The notes beneath the pieces are model-generated. The model saw only the letters and a list, made by a program, of their open reading frames with translations, made no database searches and was not told the DNA's origin. From Azovibrio restrictus DSM 23866 (GTDB taxonomy: Bacteria; Pseudomonadota; Gammaproteobacteria; Burkholderiales; Rhodocyclaceae), in the NCBI RefSeq assembly GCF_000429665.1, contig NZ_AUCH01000018.1, forward strand, positions 25,317-89,316: a stretch of 64,000 nucleotides of DNA, written 5' to 3'. Shown piece after piece: positions 56,918-64,000 of the stretch. How positions within the stretch are numbered: the first letter of the stretch is position 1; every line of letters starts with the position of its first letter. Both the position numbers and the translations under genes were made by a program.

Positions 56918-58060
56918 TCATTCCCAGGCCAGGCTGCCGCCGCTCTGGTACTCGGTGACCCGGGTCTCGAAGAAGTTCTTTTCCTTCCTCAGGTTGGCCT
57001 GTTCGTCCAGCCAGGGCAGGGTGGCTTCGGCGCCTGGGTAGGGCTCATCCAGGCCCAGCTGCCGGGCCCGGCGGTTGGCGACGAAGCGGAACTGGCCCAG
57101 GTGCAGCTCGGCGTTGTAGCCGAGGATGGGTTCCCGCAGGATGTAGCGGGCGTAGGCGTCCTCGGCGGCTTCGGCCTCCTGCCAGAGCTCGGCCACGGCC
57201 TTCGGGTCCAGCTTCAGGTTCTCTTCCTTGATCAGCTCGCGCACCACCCGGATGCCGAAGGCGCAGTGCAGTACCTCGTCGCGCATGATGTACTGGAGCT
57301 GCTCGGCGGTGCCCTTCATGAGGCCCCGGCGCTGCAGGGCGAAGATGGGCGAGAAGCCGTTGTAGAACCAGCAGCCTTCGAAGATGCCGGCGAAGAACAG
57401 GTAGGAGAGGGCGAATTCGTGCAGGTTGTCCCGGTCGGTGAGGTCCAGGTCGGAGCGCAGCACTCGCTCCAGGCGCCGGTTGGAGAGGGCGATCTTGCCG
57501 TGGATGGCGGGCACCACCCGGTAGCGGTTGTAGATTTCCCCCTGGTCCAGGTTCAGGGTCTCGATGCAGTGCTGGTAGGTCCAGGTGTGCAGGGCTTCTT
57601 CGAAGACCTGGCGGGCCTGGTAGATCTGCAGTTCCGGCGCCGTCATCTTTTCCATCACCGCCAGGCCGATGTTGCGCATGGCGAGGATGTCCGAGGTGGT
57701 CAGGTAGCCGAGCACGTTCTCGAACACGTGGCGTTCCGCCGGGGTCAGCTTGTGGTGATAGTCCTGTACGTCCTGGGCCATGTTCACCTCGGTGGGTGTC
57801 CAGTGGTTCTTGTTGGCGGTGAGGAAGAACTCCCAGGCCCAGGGGTACTTGAAGGGGGCCAGCTGGTTGATGTCCCCCTGGCCGTTCACGATGCGCTTGT
57901 CGGCGGCGCGGATGGGCGCCAGGGCAGGGCCGGCGGCGCTGGCGGGAGCGGGGCCCCGGGGGGTGAGGCTGCCCGGGGCAGCCGCAGGGGCCTGGGACGG
58001 TTGCGGAGGGGGGGCCAAGCGCACGGGGGCGTCGTCCCAATCGTCGAAATAGGCGCTCAT
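56918..58060 (-). CDS. nrdB: Ribonucleoside-diphosphate reductase beta subunit NrdB (class Ia) with Pro/Ala-rich N-terminal extension
   Basis: Motifs FFAGIFEGCWFYNGF and the E...H diiron ligand regions are present, with C-terminal ...EYQSGGSLAWE. The start MSAYFDDWDD at 58060 overlaps the nrdA stop (ATGA). Confidence 0.9.
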   Translation of the reverse strand: MSAYFDDWDDAPVRLAPPPQPSQAPAAAPGSLTPRGPAPASAAGPALAPIRAADKRIVNGQGDINQLAPFKYPWAWEFFLTANKNHWTPTEVNMAQDVQDYHHKLTPAERHVFENVLGYLTTSDILAMRNIGLAVMEKMTAPELQIYQARQVFEEALHTWTYQHCIETLNLDQGEIYNRYRVVPAIHGKIALSNRRLERVLRSDLDLTDRDNLHEFALSYLFFAGIFEGCWFYNGFSPIFALQRRGLMKGTAEQLQYIMRDEVLHCAFGIRVVRELIKEENLKLDPKAVAELWQEAEAAEDAYARYILREPILGYNAELHLGQFRFVANRRARQLGLDEPYPGAEATLPWLDEQANLRKEKNFFETRVTEYQSGGSLAWE

Positions 58061-60924
58061 TGGCAGGCCTCGCAGGTGGGGTCGTCGATGGCGCAGAACC
58101 TGGGCGCGGCGTCGCCTTCCTGGGCTTCGTCCCTGGGCTCGTTTCCAGGCTCGTTCCGATTTCCGGCCAGCTTCTCGGCCTGGGAGGCGCCCAGGGTACG
58201 CAGGTAGTAGGTGGTTTTCAGGCCCTTTTCCCAGGCCAGCTTGTAGAGCTCGTCCAGCTTCTTGCCCGAGGGGGTGGCCAGGTAGAGGTTGAGGGACTGG
58301 GCCTGGTCTATCCATTTCTGGCGTCGGGAAGCGGCTTCCACCAGCCACTTGGGATCGATTTCGAAGGCGGTGGCATAGCGGGCCTTCAGGTCGGCCGGCA
58401 CCCGTTCGATGCGGGCGAGGGAGCCGTCGAAATACTTGAGGTCGGCGACCATCACCGGGTCCCACAGGTCCCGGGCCTTCAGGTCCCGCACCAGGGCCTC
58501 GCTGACCACGGTGAATTCGCCGGAGAGGTTGGATTTCACGTAGAGGTTCTGGTACTCCGGGTCTATGCCCTGGGAGACTCCGACGATGTTGGAGATGGTG
58601 GCCGTGGGGGCAATGGCGATGCAGTTGGAGTTGCGCATCCCCACCTGGCGGATGCGGGTCCGTAGGGCGTCCCAGTCCAGGGTGCTGCTGCGGTCCTGGG
58701 CCACCGGCCGACCCCGGCCTGCTTCGAGCAGGGCGATGGAATCCAGGGGCAGGATGCCCCGGTCCCAGAGGCTGCCGGCAAAGCTGGAATAGCGGCCCCG
58801 CTCCTCGGCCAGCTCGGTGGAGGCCTGGTAGGCCAGGTAGCAGACGGCTTCCATGGAGCGGTCGGCGAATTCCACCGCCTGTTCCGAGGCATAGGGCAGG
58901 CCCAGCTGGTGCAGGCAGTCGGAGAAGCCCATGATGCCCAGGCCCACGGGCCGGTGCCGCACGTTGGCGTTCCTGGCCTTGGGGGTGGCGTAGAAGTTGA
59001 TGTCCACCACGTTGTCGAGCATGCGCATGGCGGTGCGCACGGTGCGGGCCAGCTTTTCCAGGTCCAGTTCCGGGCCCTGGGGGCCGTCCTGCAGGTGGGC
59101 GGGCAGGTTCACCGAGCCCAGGTTGCACACGGCGGTTTCCGTGTCGGAGGTGTTAAGGGTGATCTCGGTGCACAGGTTGGAGCTGTGCACGACCCCGGCA
59201 TGCTGCTGGGGCGAGCGCAGGTTGCAGGGGTCCTTGAAGGTGATCCAGGGATGCCCGGTCTCGAACAGCATGGTGAGCATCTTGCGCCACAGCTGCACGG
59301 CGGAGACCTTCTTGCACAGCCGGATTTCGCCCCGGGCAGCCCTGGCCTCGTAGTCCGTGTAGGCCTCGGCGAAGGCGCGGCCGAATTTTTCGTGCAGGTC
59401 GGGCACGTCGTTGGGGGAGAACAGGGTCCATTCCCCGTTTTCCATGACCCGTTCCATGAACAGGTCGGGAATCCAGTGGGCGGTGTTCATGTCGTGGCAG
59501 CGGCGCCGCTCGTCCCCGGTGTTCTTCCTCAGCTCCAGGAATTCCTCGATGTCCAGGTGCCAGGTTTCCAGGTAGGCGCACACGGCGCCCTTGCGCTTGC
59601 CCCCCTGGTTCACCGCCACGGCGGTGTCGTTGACCACCTTGAGGAAGGGAATCACCCCCTGGCTCTTGCCGTTGGTGCCCTTGATGCGGCTGCCCAGGGC
59701 CCGCACTGGGGTCCAGTCGTTGCCGAGACCGCCGGCGTACTTCTGCAGCAGGGCGTTTTCCTTGACCCCCTGGTAGATGCCTTCCAGGTCGTCGCTCACC
59801 GTGGTCAGGTAGCAGGAAGACAGTTGTGAGTGGCGGGTGCCGGCGTTGAACAGGGTCGGCGTGGAACACATGAAATCGAAGCTGGAAATGAGCCGGTAGA
59901 ACTCGATGGCCCGGGTTTCCCGGTCGATCTCGTTCAGAGCCAGGCCCATGGCCACCCGCATGAAGAAGAACTGGGGCAGTTCGATGCGGCGCTCGTCGAT
60001 GTGCAGGAAATAGCGGTCGTAGAGGGTCTGCAGGCCCAGGTAGCCGAACTGCAGGTCGCGCCCCGGTTCCAGGGCGGCGGCTAGGCGGGGCAGGTCGAAT
60101 TCGAGCAGGCGCGGGTCCAGGAGCTCGGCCTCCACCCCCTGCTTCACGAAGCGGGTGAAGCTGGCCCGGGTTTCTCCGTCCATGGCTTCCGGGCTCACTT
60201 CATGGCCCAGCACTTCCCGCTGCAGGGCGAACAGCTGCAGCCGGGCGGTGACCTTGTCGTAGGCCGGGTCCTGCTCGATCAGGGTGCGGGCTGCCAGGAT
60301 CAGGGCCTGGTGCACATCCTCCAGGGGCACCCCGTCGTAGAGGTTCTTCAGGGCTTGTTCCAGGACCGTGGGGGCCGATACCACCGGCCCCAGGCCGGCA
60401 CAGGCAGCCTCCACCCGGGCCAGCAGGGCGCGGGTATCCAGGGGGCAGCGCTGGCCCTGGTCCAGCACCTGCAGGCCGGTCCCTGCCTGGGGCGCCTGCT
60501 GTTCGGCGGCGCGCTTTTCCGCCTGCCGTTCCCGGTACAGCACGTAGGCCCGGGCCACGTCGTGTTCACCGGCCCGCATCAGGGCCAGTTCCACCTGATC
60601 CTGGATGGTTTCGATATGCACGGTGCCCCCGGCCGGGCGGCGACGCAGCAGGGCATCCACCACGTTCTGGGTGAGCTGGTGCACCACTTCCCGGGCACTG
60701 CTGGAGGTGGCGCCCTGGCTGCCCTTGACCGCCGTGAAGGCCTTGGCCAGGGCCACGGCGATCTTCTCGGGCTGGAAGGGCACCAGGTTGCCGTTGCGAC
60801 GGATGACTTCGAGGCTGGCGGCACCGGACGGCGCGAAACTCCCGGCGCCGGAACCCTGCTCGTGGTGTTGGTAGGCGGCTTCCAGCACCTGCTGGCCGCC
60901 CGTGACGGTGTGTGAACTCTGCAT
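58057..60924 (-). CDS. nrdA: Ribonucleoside-diphosphate reductase alpha subunit NrdA (class Ia, with ATP-cone)
   Basis: The ATP-cone reads LEVIRRNGNLVPFQPEKIAVAL. Catalytic-core motifs (NLCTEI, C-terminal ...CEACQ) are present. The start is MQSSHT at 60924 with a GGGAG RBS; the track start 61059 is upstream. Confidence 0.92.
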   Translation of the reverse strand: MQSSHTVTGGQQVLEAAYQHHEQGSGAGSFAPSGAASLEVIRRNGNLVPFQPEKIAVALAKAFTAVKGSQGATSSSAREVVHQLTQNVVDALLRRRPAGGTVHIETIQDQVELALMRAGEHDVARAYVLYRERQAEKRAAEQQAPQAGTGLQVLDQGQRCPLDTRALLARVEAACAGLGPVVSAPTVLEQALKNLYDGVPLEDVHQALILAARTLIEQDPAYDKVTARLQLFALQREVLGHEVSPEAMDGETRASFTRFVKQGVEAELLDPRLLEFDLPRLAAALEPGRDLQFGYLGLQTLYDRYFLHIDERRIELPQFFFMRVAMGLALNEIDRETRAIEFYRLISSFDFMCSTPTLFNAGTRHSQLSSCYLTTVSDDLEGIYQGVKENALLQKYAGGLGNDWTPVRALGSRIKGTNGKSQGVIPFLKVVNDTAVAVNQGGKRKGAVCAYLETWHLDIEEFLELRKNTGDERRRCHDMNTAHWIPDLFMERVMENGEWTLFSPNDVPDLHEKFGRAFAEAYTDYEARAARGEIRLCKKVSAVQLWRKMLTMLFETGHPWITFKDPCNLRSPQQHAGVVHSSNLCTEITLNTSDTETAVCNLGSVNLPAHLQDGPQGPELDLEKLARTVRTAMRMLDNVVDINFYATPKARNANVRHRPVGLGIMGFSDCLHQLGLPYASEQAVEFADRSMEAVCYLAYQASTELAEERGRYSSFAGSLWDRGILPLDSIALLEAGRGRPVAQDRSSTLDWDALRTRIRQVGMRNSNCIAIAPTATISNIVGVSQGIDPEYQNLYVKSNLSGEFTVVSEALVRDLKARDLWDPVMVADLKYFDGSLARIERVPADLKARYATAFEIDPKWLVEAASRRQKWIDQAQSLNLYLATPSGKKLDELYKLAWEKGLKTTYYLRTLGASQAEKLAGNRNEPGNEPRDEAQEGDAAPRFCAIDDPTCEACQ

Positions 60925-61275
60925 TTTCCAACGCTCCCCGGTGGTGGCTCGGGGTGTTGGAGGATGTGGCCGGTCTTGCGGAAGCGGCAGGCGGGATGCG
61001 CCAGCTGCCTGCGGACAGGGGCCGTCATCGTCCTGGAGGCACCCCGCTCCGTTCGACAAAGTGATCTGGACGGGCGAGGTATCCTGGCTTTCGGGTCATC
61101 GCGTCGCGCCGGCCTTCCCGGAAAAATCCAGTGGCACCGATGGCGTGAAACTCACCGACTACAGTTGCGGGGGCAGCTCCGGAATGGGGCGGATGTTTCC
61201 GCCGGGACCGGATTCCCTGACACGTCTGGGGCCGGAGTTTAGGCGGGGGGTAGAGGCCGTGTCAACGGAGTTTTT

Positions 61276-61320
61276 GACTAGATGTAGTTGTGTGGTGTGT
61301 TGTTGCTACTAGATATGGTG
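61276..61320 (-). promoter_or_regulatory. Tandem NrdR boxes (ACTAGATGTAGT / ACTAGATATGGT, centres 31 bp apart) upstream of nrdA
   Basis: Two 16-bp imperfect palindromes resemble the NrdR consensus acaCwAtATaTwGtgt and are spaced three helical turns apart, the typical arrangement. Confidence 0.65.
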
Positions 61321-61427
61321 CTCTTGGCCTGCTGCAGCCTTGCCTGGCAAAGCCGCCTGAGCGCCCGGTTCTCTATGCTTTATGGCTATACTTGCCGCTT
61401 CCATTGACGAGCTTCGAGGGGCAGGGC

Positions 61428-64000
61428 ATGCGGCGTTTTGAACTGGTGGAGGGCACTTCCAGCAAGTTCTGGGAAGTCTCGGTGACCGATGCGGAACTGA
61501 CGGTGAGATTCGGGCGCATCGGCACCCAGGGGCAGAGTAAAAGCAAGACCTTCGCCAGCGCCCAGGCCGCCCAGCAGGAAGAAGCCAAGCTGATCCGGGA
61601 AAAGACCGGCAAGGGCTACCAGGAAGTGGGCGGCGGGGCGGAGGCGCCGGCCCCGGCCAGCGGAACGCCAGCCTTGCCCACGTCCCAGCCGGCCGCTACC
61701 CATCCTGAAGCAGCCCCGGTCGGGGCGGCTGCGGCTGTGGCGTCTAAGGCCTTTGTGTCCCAGGCCGTTGCGTCCAAGGCCGCAGCTTCCCCGGAGCCGG
61801 CGGTGCAGCCCGCTTCCCCTCCTGCCCCGGCCGCCTCACCGGCTTTCCGGACCGATGTCCCGGCTCTGCCCCTGGTCTGGCCCACCGGGGGATTTGCCTG
61901 GACCGAGGGCCTGCGCCAGTCCCTGCCGGTGCTGCGGGGCATCCGCCTGGGGGAATTCCCGGTCCGGCCGGAGCGGATCCAGGAAGCGCTCAAGTGTGAT
62001 GACCAGGTGCAGCAGTACGCCCGCCGCTACTGGGATGAACTGATACAACACGGCGCCCCCGTGGAAGGGGATTTCTGGTCCGAGGCCAGCATGCGCGAGC
62101 ACTGTCAGCCCGGGCGTCTGGAGCGGCGGGACCCGGCGGCCTGGCGGCAGCTGTTCCTGCAATGCTGCTGCTGGCGCAACTGGAACGACCGCAACCAGGC
62201 GCCCTGGGAACTGGAAATGGCCGTGGCCCTGCACGGCCTGCCCTTTGCCCTGGAGGTCCTGCTCGACTGCGGCCCGGCCATGGCCCGCCAGCATTCCTGG
62301 TGGTACAGCCAGCAGGGGGGCTACGCTTACCTGCGGGCCGGCCTTGCGGCGGCGGATGCGGGGCTCCATCAGCAGTGCCTGGCGCTCGCCACGGCGCGCC
62401 GGGGGCGGGATGATCTGCTCGATCACGCTATCTGCTACCTCTTCCCGGAGCAGTCCGCCTGGGCCGAAGACTGCGTTGCCCGGGCTCTCCCCGAAGGTGA
62501 CACCTGGTGGCTGGACACCTGCTGCATGTCCGTCGCAGCCGCCTGCCGCCATTTCCGGCGCCGCCAGCTCTACGTCCAGTATGCCCAGCCTGCGGCCCTG
62601 CTACAGCTGCAGCTGCACGACGTGGGGGCCCTGGAGCTGCTGCTGCTGTTCCTGGATAAATGCGGCACCCGGGGGGAATGTCAGGAGGTGCTGCGCCTGC
62701 TGAGCCGCTGCGCCACCCCCGAACTGCTGCCCGCCCTGCTGGCCCGCATCGACAACCGGGATGTGCGCGACACCCTGGACAAGCTCACCGAGCGTTGGCC
62801 CGTGGCCCTGCTCCGGGAGGCCATCGCCCTCTGCCAGCGCCATCCGGCCCGCAACCTGGAGGCCTGGGCCGTGCGTCTTGCCCTGCGTTTGCCCGAATCC
62901 GTGCCGGCGGCCCTGGAGGCCAGTAACGACGGGGAGCGCCAGGCCTTCACCAGCCTGCTGCAGCAGCTTTCCATGCCCGAGGAAGCGCCCTTCGAGTCCC
63001 TGCCCGAATTGCTGCGCACCCCGCCCTGGACCCTGAAGCAGCGGCCGGCCCCCATCCCCGTCCTGGACCTGACGCCCCGGGAATCCCCCGTGGACATCCT
63101 CTGGTCCGAGGCGGATAAAGCCCGGGCTGCCGCCTATACCCGTCCCGCCTGGCTGGAGAATCGGCTCAAGTCCGTCAAGGCCGGTAAGCCCCAGGCCAGG
63201 GAAATCTACCTCCTGGGCGAACTGGACATCCTGCCCGCAGGCCGGGAGCGTCTACTGGCGGGCGGAGCCCTGCAGGAGGGGGACCTGGAACGCAAGAACT
63301 ACTACTACGAGGATGTGCATCTGCTCCTGGAACTGCCCCCCGAGATGGCCCTGGCCGTCTGGGAATTCATGCCGCCCCGGCACTGGAGCAGCTGGAGCCT
63401 GGAAACACCGGTGCAGGCCCTGCTGCTGCGTCATGGGGCCCGCTTCCTGCCTGGCCTGCTGGCCTACGGGAACATCTTCCCGGAACAGGGGCTGGCGCTC
63501 CTGCTCCCTTGCCGTGCCGCCGCAGTCGCTCCCCTGGCGGCGCACGCCCTGAAGAACACCAAAAAGGCCAGGGGCCCGGCCCAGGCCTGGCTGAAACAGC
63601 ATCCGGAAACCGCCATCCAGGCCCTGGTGCCCCTGGCCCTGGGGCAGGACCGGAAGGCCCGGGAAAATGCCCAGTACGCCCTGCGCTGGCTGGCCCAGAA
63701 CGGCCTGGAGGCCCAGGTGCGGAGCGGCGCCGGGGCCTATGGCGCGGCGGCGGCCGCCGCCGTGGACCAGGTCCTGGCCGTGGATCCCACCCTGATCGTG
63801 CCGGCCCGGATGCCCAAGCTGCCCGCCTTCTTCGTCCCCGCTGCCCTGCGCCGGCCCCAGTTGCGCAGCGGCGGCGCCCTGCCGGTCCAGGCGCAGGAAT
63901 ACCTGGGCAACATGCTCAGCATCAGCACTCTGGGGGAACCCTATGGGGGCCTGGAGGTGGTGCGCGCCGCCTGCACTCCGGAATCTCTGGCCGAGTTCGC
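61428..64000 (+). CDS. WGR-domain protein, MolR-like (WGR + large DUF4132-like C-terminal region), 3' end outside window
   Basis: The N-terminus MRRFELVEGTSSKFWEVSVTDAELTVRFGRIGTQGQSKSKTF is a WGR domain. An Ala/Pro-rich linker follows, then a long helical region that runs open to the window end. It is absent from the ORF track because no stop lies in the window. A GAGGGG RBS is present. Confidence 0.65.
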   Translation, partial: MRRFELVEGTSSKFWEVSVTDAELTVRFGRIGTQGQSKSKTFASAQAAQQEEAKLIREKTGKGYQEVGGGAEAPAPASGTPALPTSQPAATHPEAAPVGAAAAVASKAFVSQAVASKAAASPEPAVQPASPPAPAASPAFRTDVPALPLVWPTGGFAWTEGLRQSLPVLRGIRLGEFPVRPERIQEALKCDDQVQQYARRYWDELIQHGAPVEGDFWSEASMREHCQPGRLERRDPAAWRQLFLQCCCWRNWNDRNQAPWELEMAVALHGLPFALEVLLDCGPAMARQHSWWYSQQGGYAYLRAGLAAADAGLHQQCLALATARRGRDDLLDHAICYLFPEQSAWAEDCVARALPEGDTWWLDTCCMSVAAACRHFRRRQLYVQYAQPAALLQLQLHDVGALELLLLFLDKCGTRGECQEVLRLLSRCATPELLPALLARIDNRDVRDTLDKLTERWPVALLREAIALCQRHPARNLEAWAVRLALRLPESVPAALEASNDGERQAFTSLLQQLSMPEEAPFESLPELLRTPPWTLKQRPAPIPVLDLTPRESPVDILWSEADKARAAAYTRPAWLENRLKSVKAGKPQAREIYLLGELDILPAGRERLLAGGALQEGDLERKNYYYEDVHLLLELPPEMALAVWEFMPPRHWSSWSLETPVQALLLRHGARFLPGLLAYGNIFPEQGLALLLPCRAAAVAPLAAHALKNTKKARGPAQAWLKQHPETAIQALVPLALGQDRKARENAQYALRWLAQNGLEAQVRSGAGAYGAAAAAAVDQVLAVDPTLIVPARMPKLPAFFVPAALRRPQLRSGGALPVQAQEYLGNMLSISTLGEPYGGLEVVRAACTPESLAEF

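Overview
This is a 64-kb window of high-GC (about 65-70% by eye) chromosomal DNA, probably from a diazotrophic betaproteobacterium of the Azoarcus/Thauera/Dechloromonas type. All calls below rest on motifs read by eye; no searches were run.

Core content:
- A 5'-truncated Cache/PAS-GGDEF-EAL signalling protein.
- A tightly packed minus-strand nif accessory operon (nifB-fdxN-NAP-fprA-fdx-FeSII-nifQ-draG) with a textbook sigma54 -24/-12 promoter and NifA UAS upstream of nifB.
- A plus-strand operon of TonB receptor, FbpA-like periplasmic binding protein and DUF1111 di-heme protein.
- rhlE, sbcD (with an inserted histidine phosphatase gene) and sbcC.
- A second, Fur-box-controlled TonB receptor cluster.
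- nrdAB with tandem NrdR boxes.
- A 3'-truncated WGR/MolR-like gene running off the window end. The ORF track does not list it because its stop codon lies outside the window.

Non-routine regions:
1. An extended RNA-repair locus (25.3-35.0 kb). It has divergent rtcR and a long minus-strand operon driven by a candidate sigma54 promoter. That operon begins with two tRNA-like RNA modules, one of them a nearly complete but defective tRNA-Met-like gene. It carries a third tRNA 3'-half-like module just upstream of rtcB. It also encodes SPFH, Cys-rich, HEAT-repeat and pol-beta nucleotidyltransferase proteins besides rtcB and rtcA.
2. A 1768-aa protein with two GxSxG alpha/beta-hydrolase modules, a CHAT caspase-like protease domain and TPR-like repeats. 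It is flanked by a ParB-nuclease-like protein and a peptidoglycan-binding M15 peptidase.
3. A lower-GC islet between sbcC and the TonB cluster (47.8-52.8 kb). It encodes a NERD-nuclease/UvrD-helicase fusion (Nhi-like), a Zn-ribbon PD-(D/E)xK protein and a membrane-anchored protein.
4. Three tandem ~196-bp structured repeats (3.69-4.28 kb) with partial dispersed copies elsewhere.

Method notes: the ORF track uses alternative start codons (TTG at 28054, GTG at 27203) written as M. Many long ORFs antisense to real genes are spurious.
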